From NCBI GenBank assembly GCA_964658305.1, contig OZ210885.1, forward strand, positions 11,532,001 through 11,596,000: 64,000 nt of DNA. The letters run 5' to 3'. The notes beneath the pieces are model-generated. The model had not been told where the DNA came from, made no database searches, and saw only the letters and a list, made by a program, of their open reading frames with translations. Below, piece by piece: positions 1 to 12,900 of this stretch. Made by a program: the position numbers and the translations under genes. The first letter of the stretch is position 1. The number at the start of each line of letters is the position of its first letter. The DNA is from Leptogorgia sarmentosa. Taxonomy: Eukaryota.

Positions 1-662
1 CATCAATACCCTCCGATATCCCTCACCGTTTTCTCATCAAAATCAAAATGCCAAAAACAGCTGGTACTGAGAAACATAGTCCAACTGTCGAAACCATCTA
101 AATCATCCGACTTTTTTCAATACGCATCTCTCCTCGTAAGGGGTCTCAGCCATTCTGAATTTAAATTTTCACGCGTTGCTTTTTGGAAAAGCGTGTTTGC
201 TGATGAATAGAGTCTCGGACTTACGACATATCTTTAGGAAAAGGCTACACATCGAGAAAAATTCTCTCTCGCTCCACATTTTGGTACCAAACAGTTTTAC
301 TCTTTGGACATATTGGTGAACGATAAACCTCAGTGGACTTTATTGATTTTGTAACTTGAAAAAGCAGAGTGGCTATAGATCGCCAAAACATCCAAGATGA
401 TGAAACGAATTCAAAAGCCACTCGTTCAAGCTAAAAGATTTCAACAATGATTGATTGCTGTCTATAAGTATCATGAAATTTGAATTACAAGCTTATCTTT
501 CCGAAAAATATGTTGTTCCCCCATCAAAATTATCAGTTAATTTCTTTGAGTATTACTCGCAAAAAGCTACGCCCGGTGTGAGAATTTATGGTAATTTGTG
601 TTATTCATGCACTGACTTGGACAAATTCAAATGACTTTAAATAAACGTTTTACTTCTTTCAG

Positions 663-1267
663 GTCATCCTGACGACTCGATAGTTACAGCAATTGACATC
701 ACATCAAATGGGAAATTTGCTTTGTCTGGAAGCAGTTCAGGAACATTGTCACTGGTCGACATAGAGTGTTCTAAAATAGTTCAAACCTTTGCAAAGACCG
801 AATCTGGAGACGCCATACGTTTTGTGTGCTTATTAAGTGATGATGTCCGTTTCGTTTTTGTTGACGAGGCAAACAGGATCGAACTAAGAACTTTTAGTGA
901 TACCGAGGCCAGCATTAATTTGGGTGAACCAGAAGTTAAAGTAACTTGCATTACTGCTCTTGGTTCAAACTATGCATTGCTTGGTTGTGATGATGGAGAA
1001 CTGTTATGGTTCCAATTTAACAATAAATCGCAGTTGAAATTCCCAGCACACGAGGATGCCATTTCTCAAGTTAGAGGCGAGCTAGCAAGTCATGATCTTT
1101 CACGTCGCTTTGCATCGGGGTCTATCGGTGGGTCTGTGAAGCTTTGGAATGTTGAAGAAAACTTGCCGACGTTAATATGGTCACATGACAACATTTGGCC
1201 GGATCCCATTACCGCGTTTGAATTCGTGCCCCTCTCGGATGATATCATAATTGCTTCGGGCAGTAAG
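663..1267 (+). CDS. WD40-repeat protein, paralog A, internal exon (upstream exons not identified in window)
   Basis: Acceptor ttctttcag|GT at 662/663 and donor AAG|gtatgt at 1267/1268. Reads GHPDDSIVTAIDITSNGKFALSGSS...AHEDAISQV...FASGSIGGSVKLWNV, which are WD40 motifs. Homologous exon at 63522-62921. Confidence 0.85.
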
Positions 1268-1276
1268 GTATGTATA

Positions 1277-2117
1277 CAGTGGCGTCGCCAGCTCGATAAG
1301 TGAGGTGGACATTTAACAGTTATTCTGCGAACTCGAGTCGTATATGCGCTGATAGTCGACGAGGCGCGTAGCGCCGAGTCGACTATCAGTCATATACGAC
1401 AAGAGTGAGCAGAATAACTGTTTTATTATGTACACAAGCGCTTGACAAAAACAACTTCCAAATTTATTTGTATTTTATTAATAACTGAATATAATTTCAA
1501 AGTGTTCTATCGCTTTGAAATCGACATATTTACAAAAACAGTTTTACTTGATAAATACACGCCAAAAAGCACGGTAAAAACAACAGTTACGGAATTAAAA
1601 TAGTCAACGTTACGTTTAAACTATAGCTAGTTTTAAATTTCAGCAGTTTTCATCTGTATTTTTCTGCATTTGAAAGTACAATACAAATTTTATCGTTGTA
1701 AAATGTCAACAAACAGCAACAAGCGATCCAACTCAATCAAGCGATGAATTTTATAGCGTCGAGTCCGGTTTTCCAGATTCAAAACTGCACAATTAACATT
1801 TACTCACTAAAATTCTTGAATTTTATTCTTTTAATCGATCGCAAAGACGTTTTTAACTGTTGAAAACTTCAATTCCGGCTTCGCTCTTTCCGCCATTTTG
1901 TTTGTTTTTCTCTACTAGCAGGATATGAGCTAATATCCTGCTAGTAGGGAGCCAATCAGATTGCAGAATAGCTCATATCCAGCGCTTGTGTATATAATAA
2001 ATTCATATATTCGTGTTTTGCACAATTAATTTCTTTTGAAATCGATTGTTTTTATGGTCTGCGAACACGAATTTATGAATATGTCCACCCCACTTATCGG
2101 CTCTGGCGACGCCACTG
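1277..2117. mobile_element. Non-autonomous hAT-type MITE with a nested second element
   Basis: TIRs CAGTGGCGTCGCCAG / CTGGCGACGCCACTG. 8-bp TSD TATGTATA (1269-1276, 2118-2125). Empty site in paralog B intron near 62910-62920. Confidence 0.9.
1315..2000. mobile_element. Non-autonomous element with terminal long hairpin and subterminal inverted repeat (class uncertain)
   Basis: About 108-nt hairpin AACAGTTATTCTGC...GCAGAATAACTGTT (1315-1422). TTATTATGTACACAAGCGCT is inverted at the far end (AGCGCTTGTGTATATAATAA). Nested in the hAT MITE. Confidence 0.65.
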
Positions 2118-2682
2118 TATGTATATAATTTTCCAAACGAGAATTTCAAATGTTGTTTTTGGGCGTGTTACTTGTTGTAGGTTGAGCTGCAGTTCAAATT
2201 TCATGATTTAAAACAGCACATGCACATACACATTATGAAGCGTTTCTAGAATTATTGCAAATTAACTTCGCCCCAATCTTCATTTTGAAAATTGGGAGGC
2301 AAATTTGGAATAAATCCCCATTGTTCACACCATGTCTTGAAGAAATCAACCAAATGAATAGTTTTTTTTCTTGCTGGATTTTTGTTTCATTACCAGAAAT
2401 GTGCGAGCCACGATGACGCAATGACTCTAAGCTATAATTAAGAAACCGAATTTCAAATGCAATATGAAGAAATTCCATGCTATTTTGTAGAGGACGGTGA
2501 AACCTTTAAAATTAAACTATGCGAAGGCAGTTCTTATTAAAATATATATTTGCGAATAACATGGGCTAGAAATCGAGCGATCAGGTTAAAACAATTAAAA
2601 TAAATTAAATCTCGTCCTTGAACAAAAGTATAACAGCTTGCAATGTATATACATTAGTTAATAATGGTCGTGATAAATAACA

Positions 2683-2779
2683 TTTTCTACGGAAAAAATC
2701 CTCTATTTCAGGAATATTTTCTACCGAAAAAATCCTCTATTTCAGGAATATTTTCTACCGAAAAAATCCTCTATTTCAG
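2683..2779. repeat. Tandem repeat, about 34-35 bp x 3
   Basis: Unit TTTTCTACCGAAAAAATCCTCTATTTCAGGAATA. Confidence 0.9.
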
Positions 2780-4659
2780 GGCATACACGAAACAAATTTC
2801 GAGATGCCACAGCACCACAACTTCTTTTTCCCACCATCATGTGTTTTTGTAGAAAATTCATTTTGAGAACAGTAAAACAACTTTGCCAAGTCCTAAAGCT
2901 GTTGTAAATTGGCGAGGTTTTGCTCGATTCTCTTCGCAAAGGTTGTTTTCTACTGGTTATTAGTGCCGCTGCGATTACAGTCAATGTGAAATTAACTGAG
3001 CGCGCGGACTCCAATGTCGCATATTTCTGTCCATGTTTAGCTGATGTGTCGCATTGCTCCGTGCACGTTGAAAATATGAATAATATTACATGGTGTGTTC
3101 ATATCATTGTTACCAAGAATCGAATCTAGTGGTGAGCACGATACGTGAAAAAAAGAGAACTCGACGTTTCGAGCAAGGGGACTTTCGTCCTAAATTATTG
3201 TAGAAGGGAAGCAATTCCCTGTGAAGAGCTTCTGTCCAGGACTTGTGTTCTTTTCTTTGAACTCGTGTGCTTGTCATTGCATTCAATTGAACAAACTAGA
3301 ATAAAAAGCTCATCCTTCTTGAGGCAGAAGCGAAAAATAAAAAGTTTATGTCTGCTCGCCATAATTTCCTTTCTTTCTTCCTTTACATTGCAAATTGGAC
3401 ATATCAATTAATTGGCAAAATAAAATAAACTACCACTTATAAACCTTAACCTAGATTTCCAAACGTTCCATTTTAGTGTAATGAGCGGCAAAATTCTTAT
3501 CAGTCATCGAATAAACGAGTAATTCAGACATTCATTCATAGTGTAAACTCCGGGGGGCACGTCCCAAATTCTCCAGATGTGCCAATCTTCGTAGTTGCTT
3601 TATATCCTTTCAATGCTGAAACAAATATTATCTATACAATTGTACTAACGTACGTTATACTATTGTTCATCATTGTTTGTAGTTATTCGTATGGATAAGA
3701 AAGTTAGCTAGACAATCTAAGATGCCGCAAAGCCCCTCCGATCAGTGCAACTCAGCACGTGTTCGGGGGATGAAATATTTCTGCACACAATATGGCGGAC
3801 ACTAAAGAGTGGGACCTTGAATCAGTAATTATAATGTTGCCAAGTTTGAACAATGTTTGAATATGTTGCCAAAGCGATTAAAATGTTATTTGAATATCTG
3901 CCATGAACCTAGAAAACATGTATAGCTAGGTTTGTCATGAACAAAAATGGCCATAACCCATACTATCTACTGCTAGCGTGGATATTATAAATGTGCAAAC
4001 ATTTTTTTAGTTTGCCGTCTTTGCCTTGGGGGTACACTTGATGCAGTAACACAATAAACTCGTCGTATCAAGAAAACCATAATTTTAAATCTTATTCAGT
4101 TCATACGATTGATATACTATTGCCGATGTATTTGCTTCAGGCATTTATTTGATTAAACATTCATTATATGTTTCCATTTGTTCTCGGCATAGTCGCGGCC
4201 TAGCTGGAATTAATCATTGATCAATGATTCCCATTCATGTACTCCCAGTGTGAAAGAATAATTTACTATATATAATATAATATAATCAAATTCACTCGCT
4301 CGCTTTTGCCTTGTAATCTAGGGGAGGAGGGGAGGGTGGGACTGAGGGGAAGGAGGGGAGGGTGGGACTGTGGGGAGGGGAGGGGAGTGGAGGGGAAAAG
4401 TTTATTAAAAATCACAAATAAACACCTCACAAGATAGCAACAACGATATAGAGATTTAGATATAGAGAGTGGACGTATTTTGAATTTTCTAAATGTCCTT
4501 GCCTGGGAAGACTAAATTAAAGATTTAAATTTGTCAGAGTCCACATGCCCACATGTATTTGATCATATGACATTGAATATCAGCCGAATTACATCAATTA
4601 AATAAATCTGTTTAATTGTTGAATTGTAACCTTCACATGTGAAGCAAATTAACAGCGTA

Positions 4660-5045
4660 ATATCATTGTAGTCAATTTCCTGGACGCTGATTGGCTAAAA
4701 AGCTTCAACAACTGTGCGAATTAAACATTAATTGCACAGGTGTGTAATTAATTTTTAAATACCACGGTTTCGAGCCCGCGACACATTATAAGAACAAATA
4801 AATAAACGCTTATCAACGCTAAAATTCTTGCTTTTTTGTCATTTATTGTCAACTTTGGACAAAAACGTTTAGTGAACGTGAACTACAATAATATTAATAC
4901 GAAATTACACTTGTTCTCGAAGTATTAATGAAAAATTGCACTTGTGTTTGGTGAAATACCGCTCGTGTTTCGCACTCGCCGTTTTCGCCAAATACGCGTG
5001 CAATTTTTCATTAATATTTCTCGAACCGTGTAATTTTCTATACTA
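4660..5045. repeat. Interspersed repeat family copy (others at about 15980-16340 and 34225-34470)
   Basis: Shared GCTGATTGGCTAAAAAGCTTCAACAAC...AATACCACGGTTTCGAGCC and a terminal hairpin (AATTACAC..TTCTCGAAGTATT / AATA.TTCTCGAACCGTG.AATT). Confidence 0.8.
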
Positions 5046-5651
5046 ATAAGGATTTTTTAACCAAGGGCGTAACGCACAACAGCAATTTGAATAGAGTTAA
5101 CCTTCATGTTAATATCGTCCGCTTAATCATTTTCCACACGTATTGTAGTAATTTAACTGTAATTTAATGAACGTGACTGCTGAAATATAAATGCATTGTA
5201 ATTGCTAAACGCAACAGTTCAATTAGACTTCCACACAATGTTTCCTGCACATAAAGGACACTACTATACTTGATAAATATAAATATAAATCCTCGGTGAA
5301 TTATCTGTTAAAACTTTAGGGGACGACACAATATTCATCCTTTCAGCCGAAACAATTGGTGACTTGTGTCATCCCCCTCCACGATTTGCCTCTTGCCTTC
5401 ATTCATTTTAAATACATATTATAAATTGAAGAACTTCGATTCTGACGGCTGATTTTTTGTTCATTTTGCTACTTGTCGAGCTGTTTGACGAAACTAAGCA
5501 AGATTAGTAGAAAATAATTCAAATAGGAATTCTCGAAGTTAAAATACGTAATAATAAGCATTTATAACTGGATTGGCGTTCGTTTCATTTTGTGGGGAAA
5601 ATATTTAATGGAAAGACGTTATATTGAACAGTGGTTTGATTATTTTGACAG

Positions 5652-5901
5652 ATTGATCGGATAAATGCCAACGGAGTCGTGCATAGTTACGAATATGTGC
5701 GTAAAATGGAGAGAATTAAAGCAATGCGCGTGGTCCAGAACTCCCTTTTTTGTGTTCATCCGTTCAAATATGATGATGGTATAGCTGGAGTGAGAGTCAC
5801 AAAGTGGAACTTGAACGACGCCAAGAAACAAAGCATCAGTTCTTTCCGTACTGTGAAAGTTTTAAGAATTAACAATTCTGGCAACCTTGTGGCAATATCA
5901 G
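5652..5901 (+). CDS. WD40-repeat protein paralog A, penultimate exon
   Basis: ttttgacag|ATT acceptor and TCAG|gtaaat donor. Phase 0 in and phase 1 out, compatible with both neighbouring exons. Homologous to 50288-50045. Confidence 0.8.
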
Positions 5902-6319
5902 GTAAATGATTTCATTGTTATTATTTTATTTTCCAATCTCAGTTGCACAATGTGCGATCGCGTAATTCATCGAGTATTAGCTGAAGGGTTCCAGTGAATA
6001 ACATTGGAAAACTAGAAGAAAAACGTTAATCTTCAACATTCTGTGCGCGCACTTGTTGCCGCTGCTACTGCACAAATTGAATTGTCGTCGTAAACTCCAA
6101 CGCCCACGATAACTCCACCAAACGCGTAATAAAGGGTGGTGACAAAGTTGTGTTATTAAATTATTTATTACTACTGTGATGCAAAGCATCACCGGGCGAG
6201 ACTTGAGGCCATTCATTATATCAGTGACCTCTAAGATTACAGCGCAGCACACTTTAAATGTGATCAACATAGGGCCTACATGTGACGTACAGCACGCAAA
6301 GTCAAGCTTGAACCGTAAT

Positions 6320-6632
6320 GGCTTGTTTATACGATCCTTCTTAACCTGGATTCAATGAAGCGTCAAATGAATTTGAGGTATTGAAATGAGTCACGTTTAT
6401 GAAACGAAACAACCAAAGTTAGGACACTTCTAGTACAAATCAACAAAAAAGATATATTTTACAAAAATTGATGCCCAACAACATCTTGCGTGTTTTATAT
6501 TTCAGCAGAACAAAATCTTGAGCAACCAGCAGTTTAGCATTTCTTCAAATCATAAATTATGACTCATTTCAATACCTCAAAATCATTTTGCGCTTCATTG
6601 AATCCCGGGTGAGTGGGATAATATAAACTGCC
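6320..6632. mobile_element. MITE-like element with long inverted repeats
   Basis: GGATTCAATGAAGCG..AAATGAATTTGAGGTATTGAAATGAGTCA is inverted at 6560-6605. Confidence 0.65.
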
Positions 6633-8392
6633 CTAAGAAAGCCTTTTTAACCTCCCTGCGTAGGCATAGCCGTGCAGCGGAGTCTTAAAATGTGCGTGTC
6701 TTTTGTCGACAAGAAGCACAGTAGATGATACCCCGCTTTCAACCGCGTAGACGTAATCTCACGGTAACTCCTCACCTCCCGTTAGACGTGAAACAATGTT
6801 ATCTGCCAATTATTCGCGGGGAAAGTTTGAGCATTACCCAGTTCAGTCTGCATAGGTTTTTAATTTTGTGTCGGCTGTATCGGTCACCTTTATTACCAAG
6901 GCCGGATTTTCATGTTTTCCACTGAGAGATGCAAAAAATTGTGGAGTGAGGGTGTCGATCGAACATCAATAAAATATTTTTGTGTGTTGGATTTTCTAAG
7001 TTAATTTGCCGCAAAAAAGCGTAGAAACATGTTAATTTTATAGCTACTTTATTGTTAGTACATTGACATTGTGGGCGGGACAAGAGATGGCAATTTTTTT
7101 GAAGGGGTGAACAATTTCCCTGCACCCCGTCCCCCAGAAACTCTGCCCCTGGTTAGTACGACAGACAGTTTATACCGCGCCCCTTGCAAAGAAACGTCTG
7201 ATTTAAAACTGTGTCATTTACACGAAACTTGTGAGAAATTCGTGCACGTAAATCGCAGGTTACTGTGTCTATATTGTCTAAGATCTGAAAATGAATGTAG
7301 AATGCGGGCTATAACGCGCTCTGTGGGCCCGAAATTGAATTGCTAAATTCCGCTGTGTAACATACCTGCTGCACTAAAATCGCTTTCGAAATGTAACTGA
7401 CACGTTATATGTGTAACTGACGCGTTATATGACATGATAGCTATGAATCCAAAATTACGTCGCATGTGATGGTGAAAATTGACTCGTGTGAAAGCTATGA
7501 ATCCAAAGTAGGTCACCCGTTGTGCGAAAAATTCCCTTCTGCAACATTTAGAATAGTGGGTGCGCCATGCGATAAAAATGTTTCATGCGTAAGCTAGCCA
7601 CAATCTAACATTGCTTTATATTCGAAATTACCTTACGTAACTCCTCCCTAAAATCGCCTCATGCAACGTACACACGAAAATATTTTCATCGGTCGACAAA
7701 AATCGTGTCTTATGCGCCTGGCTTTATTCAAAATCGATCCCTCATCCATCTGTGAAAGTGCGATATATCTCTCCTGCAGCGACTTTGAATACGTAGTCGA
7801 AATAGTAGTTGAATAAACATAGGGATTGTTGCCCTCCCTGTCTACCACCAACCAACATGCATCAAAATTATTTTTCATACGAAGTGTCGAAGCTGTTGTG
7901 TTCTTGTACATTACAAGATCTGAAGGATAGCCACTAGATGTGCTGCACCTGTTGGTATGTTTAGTACACGAAATAGGAAGTCTCTTGGAATATGTTCGTA
8001 GCTACACGGCAGTAAGATCAATCTTTACCAGTATCAGAGGCCCACAATACTTCTCTATCACTGTCTTCACCACTGAATATCCCATCAGACGTTGAACGAT
8101 TTCGCCTGAAACCTCACTGGACTTCACTGATGTTTGTTTCATATCCTTCTTTGATACGTGCTAGCTATAATGATCTTCGCTAAAATACGACTCATATTTG
8201 CTCTGATGGAGATAGGCCTCTGTAATTCTTGGCCAAACTTCTTTTTTTCTCTTTCGTACAAACAGGTGATAGATCAGGCAGTTTTAGCTGCATGTTACGA
8301 AACGTCTGATTTGAAGCTATGTTATTTATGTAGATGAGACTCGATGGAAATTTGTGGAGATATGTCCCTGTATACTCCGCTAATATTTCCTA

Positions 8393-8900
8393 GTTATTAT
8401 ATGGACAGCGGTATTTTATTGAGAACTAAAACACTCGTAGAACTCATACGCCACTACATCCGGGATACGGTGCGCGTATTTTCCGTATGTCACGCTTGGG
8501 GGTGACATAACCTTCCCGCCTTTTTCGCTGTTTACAAATGGCTTCTACTTCAAGGTTTGTGAATTTAAGCGAAGACGATATTAGTGCGTTTTGCGACGAA
8601 CAAAGCTACAATACTACAATAAACTACAATAAAGCGGTATTTTATAAATCTATATTTTTTAAAGGCTAATTTTAAAGCCATTAATTGTCGTGTTTTAGAC
8701 TGCATGTTTTCATTAAAAGGGTTAGTTGTTGTGTATTTGTGTCACTCTGAATAAGTCCATATAATAAACAGAACATTACACGGTTCGCTCGAAGATATGG
8801 ATTTTATGTTCTCGTGGCAAGAACAATATCTCTTCTTGATATTGTTCTTGCCACTCGAACATAAAATCCATATCTTCTCGCAACCGTGTAATATCCTATA
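8393..8900. mobile_element. Non-autonomous hairpin-ended element (same architecture as 1315-2000, opposite orientation)
   Basis: TTATTATATGGAC / GTCCATATAATAA inverted repeat followed by a long hairpin at 8775-8892. Confidence 0.6.
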
Positions 8901-9011
8901 TTTATAGTATGTTATGTAAAGAATTGTGAAAAGCGAGTGTAGTAGCGTCTACGTGAACAATTTCTGAGACAGCAACTTAAATAACTTCACCTCTGGACCC
9001 TACCTCCTGCA

Positions 9012-9181
9012 CAGGTGCTTTATGCTTTTAATAGAAATTAGTAGCAGGTGCAGGTGCAAATCCTGTCAGGCGCGGGCAGTTTTGACACTTGCGGGAAAGT
9101 TGATGTGTCAAAACTACCCGCGCATCTCTAAATTTACGCCCGCACTTGTTACTAATTTCTATTGAAAGCATAAAATCTCCT
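9012..9181. repeat. Palindromic MITE-like element (also at 48722-48901)
   Basis: CAGG..CTTTATGCTTTTAATAGAAATTAG ... CTAATTTCTATTGAAAGCATAAAA..CCTG, with an inner GCGCGGG.AGTTTTGACAC / GTGTCAAAACT.CCCGCGC stem. Confidence 0.75.
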
Positions 9182-9602
9182 GTTGCAGAGGCAGCTCATT
9201 ACTCGAAATTGAATTGCCACTTGCGACAAATTCCTTTGAGTAACATACCTGCAACATCATAAATCACAATGAAGCTGAAATTGCGCAAAATAATTATTCT
9301 GTATAACGCAGCCGTTAGATAACACGGCTAACAATCCAAGATCAGCTCGCAAGTGATGGCAAAAATTGATTCGCGTGAAATTCCGGTTCGATAAAATGGC
9401 TGTAAATCCAAATTAAAATACGTCTCACGTTGTACCAAAATTGTCTTGGGAAAGAACGTTGGGTATGCTCTGGGATCAAAATCTTTCTTCCGTAACAGCC
9501 ACTATAAATATAAAACATGGCTATTAATCCAAAATTGATCGCAAAAATTGCCTCGCGTAACAATGCTTTAACAGATTAACAAAATTTAAATCACATTTTT
9601 AG

Positions 9603-9928
9603 GTCATGGTTCTTTGGCGATTAAGGACTTCATAACTGGAAAGGTTCTCCAAAGATTTCCAATTCAAAATGCTGAACGTATCAGAGCGTTGGCATTAGCG
9701 CCTGGAAGTGAATTTATTTTGTCATGCTCGAGACGTGATAAGACGCTGAAACTGTGGAACCTACCAAATGGAGAGTGTGTTGAAGAGTTTCATTTCGACC
9801 GGTATGTTTTAGCCATTGCATGTGGTTCAAATAGAATGGTTTGTGTTGGCCTGGAAGGAGGTCGGGTCTGCTTCCTTCGTCTTAATAAGTTATCCTCGCA
9901 TTCAAAACAACTGCAACCAAAAAGTTGA
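9603..9928 (+). CDS. WD40-repeat protein paralog A, terminal exon
   Basis: ttttag|GT CAT acceptor (phase 1). Encodes IRALALAPGSEFILSCSRRDKTLKLWNL...GRVCFLRL and ends at TGA 9926-9928. Confidence 0.85.
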
Positions 9929-12900
9929 AGACTTAAAAGAAATTGCAACATTGCTGAAATGAATATTAAACGTGGAAACACGGATATGTGGAGTAGCAAT
10001 ATCAATCATTTCTTGCAATGAAAAATATTCTAAAATGTATGTAAAGTAGAATAAAGACTCAAAAAGCCAAAACCATTGAAGTTAACGCATTGCTGGAATT
10101 TGAAAGCCCTTTGAATTTGAACTCGAAAAAATGCGTAAAAAGTGATTAAGAATTTGAGATGTACTTGTAATGTGCGTCCGGAATGATTAAAACCAAATTT
10201 TGAACACACTAAAATACTGGCTAGCAAAATTAGCTTAGCTTAGCGATTAGCTTAGTGCTAGGGCATTCAAATTCAAATAATCAATGGTTTTGCGTTTTTT
10301 TTGGGACACCCTTGTATACTAATATTCGATTATGACTATTTTTACCAAAACAACCAGCATTCCAGGTATTTCGAAGTCTCAAAAGGAGAGATATTGAAAA
10401 CTATTTGAATGTTCCAGTGAAATTATTACATAATAGGCGCAGTGTGTAAAAGGGCGAGAATGCATTCCCAGAATGCGGGGGGGGGGGGGGGGGTTCTGAT
10501 CTTCTTAGAGTTGAAAACGTTTCTGCATCCTTCCTACAAGAACTCCAGGAAGGGTATAGGAACATTTTCAACCTACACCCAACTTCTCCCGAGGCGTCAC
10601 CAAGGTCTGCGCCAAATCAGACAATTGTGAACATTTAAAACCTCTAGATTGCCGGAAACGATCATTCCGGATCCTTAACTCTACCTCTTTGGTAAGATCA
10701 TTTAAGTGTACGAATCAAAGATCGCTTACATTAAGTATTATATTGCTGTATAACTTTTATATTACTATTGTCACAAGTAAAAGAAAACGAGAAATGGTAA
10801 ACAGTGGGGGACAGTTGTATAGTCGTCCCCCCAAGCAAAAAATTCGGGGACCCCACAGGATAGACACCCTTGATAGAGTATTTGGCACATGTGATTAGCT
10901 CAGTTTTCGTCACGTACCTTTGGCAAAATATAATGCATCCCGCCTGTTCCAACCTCTCGCATTTTTTCAAATTTTCGTAATACAGAATCTACGTGAAAAG
11001 AAAGATAGTGCAAAAAATTGAGTGCCAGTTCCGTACGAAAATAGGCAGACTTCGTCTTTTCGTTGACTTCGACTGTTTCGTCTGTATGGTTAACTTTCAA
11101 ACCTCGGTCTTCATGTCTTGACATTGGCCTCGGTTTGATATTTACCGTGCACACCTCATGCTTAGTCAGTAAGTACTTGATTTTTCACCATATTCCAAGT
11201 TATCAGCGATCAATGGCTATATTTATCTCAAGTGCTGGCCGTTCTAAACTGATACTTAACATGCATTTTTAAATCTTAAGGCTGTTTTCAAGTTTTTTGT
11301 TTTCCGTTTTTCGTACGTACGTGTAGGTTCGTAAAAATTAATGAAATTGATTTCAACGTTAGTTTCTATGCAATCACATGAATACATGTAAAGCATCTGA
11401 TACTTTGAATGATGTAGTATGTGTTTCTAAAGGTATTTTATTAATAAAATGAAATATAGAGAGATTTGACTTTCACGTGCGTACACGTACGTGTAAAAAC
11501 GGGTAACTGGAATGCAGCCTTTAGTTGTGAAATTCGAAGCGAAATAGGATATTGAAAGCGGTAGTTGACTTGTTGCGTGGTGTATGGGAGTAATGGCACA
11601 ATATCAGTTGTCGGAAAATCGGTAAATTTCATTGGAAATTTTTGAAAGTCGTTCATTTGATAGTAGGCGCAGGCTTCATGTCTTCTCACATGGAAATTGA
11701 TTATTTCTACTTCAATGTTTAATACATTTTACCTCATTCATTATTCAATATCCCTACTGTCAGTATTTCAAAAATACTTGTCCGGGAGGAGAAATGGGGT
11801 GGAAGGGAAAATATTTCAGTGGCACTCTGCGTGTTTTGAATTCACCTGTCTTATTACAAACATTTTTATTCAGTCCATGCTGTAAATAATTATCGAGAAA
11901 ACGTCATGCTAAGAAATTTCTCTTAATTCTCAATGACGGTATAGTAAACGTATAAAATAGTTAAAATAGTATCACTGAATAAGTTAAACAGTGAACATAT
12001 CTGGAAATGTTTAGCAATTCGCCTAATTAATATTTGAAAATGATTTTGTTTCAACTTTAGTGTAGATTTTTAGTTGTATTTGCTGGTTTACAATATCGAA
12101 TTATTATAGAACATTTGTCAATAAAAGTAAAATTACCAATGATGTTTGCAATGGTCGTCACATTTACAGCATTATCAGCAAACCATACTGAACTTTAGAC
12201 GTCATTATCACTTAGTCGTATTTTCTAAAATCATTTCATTTCAGCGTGTTTTACAGATACAACATTGGACCATCGATCCTTATAAGTTTGTTTGCAGACT
12301 AAGGGACTCTTCATATGAGAAAAGTTATCTCTGTTGACAAGAAAATATTTCGAGTGTCTAATGACTCAGTTCTGCTCTTATTGAGCATGTTATAACGTCA
12401 CCACGCTTATCGAGTAAATTGTTTTCGGCCGTGAAAGGCTGTTACATAATAACTACAGTGAAACACGCAATTTGATTGGTCAATAGTCCTGCAAGATCAG
12501 ACAATCCTGCACAGTATCCTGATTGGAAAATTCTGAATGCTTACTCACGAGCATAATGCCCACGAGTCACGGGATTTTTAAAATGTCGGCAATAAATTAA
12601 AATAAGATACGATAATTTGACAGTAACACAAATTGCTATCCAAAACAACAAACAAGGGTTTTCGTATTTATGGAAAAGAAATTAACGTTTTCCATTGTTT
12701 CACTGTAGTTATTTTATAAAACAATTACCAAATGATTTTTCCGTGCAGGATAGCGTTATCCATACACTTGGGATGTGGCTTGAGTTTCGGAAAGTGACTC
12801 GCCTGCGGCTCGTGATTTTTTATGCTTTCCGAAAGTCGCCACATCCCACGTGCATGGATGACGCAATCCTGCACGGAAAACCATTCGGTATTCTATATTG

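Noticed and set aside
1..590. Possible upstream exon of WD40 paralog A (phase-compatible GT at 591)
   Set aside because: All three forward frames contain stops (only about 135 nt is open before the GT), and there is no counterpart upstream of the paralog B exon. It is more likely decayed TE coding sequence.
2683..2779. 34-35 bp repeats as a CRISPR array
   Set aside because: Pure tandem repeat without spacers.
7648..8300. Coding-like minus-strand stretch in a paralog A intron
   Set aside because: Multiple stops and no recognisable motif, so it cannot be assigned.
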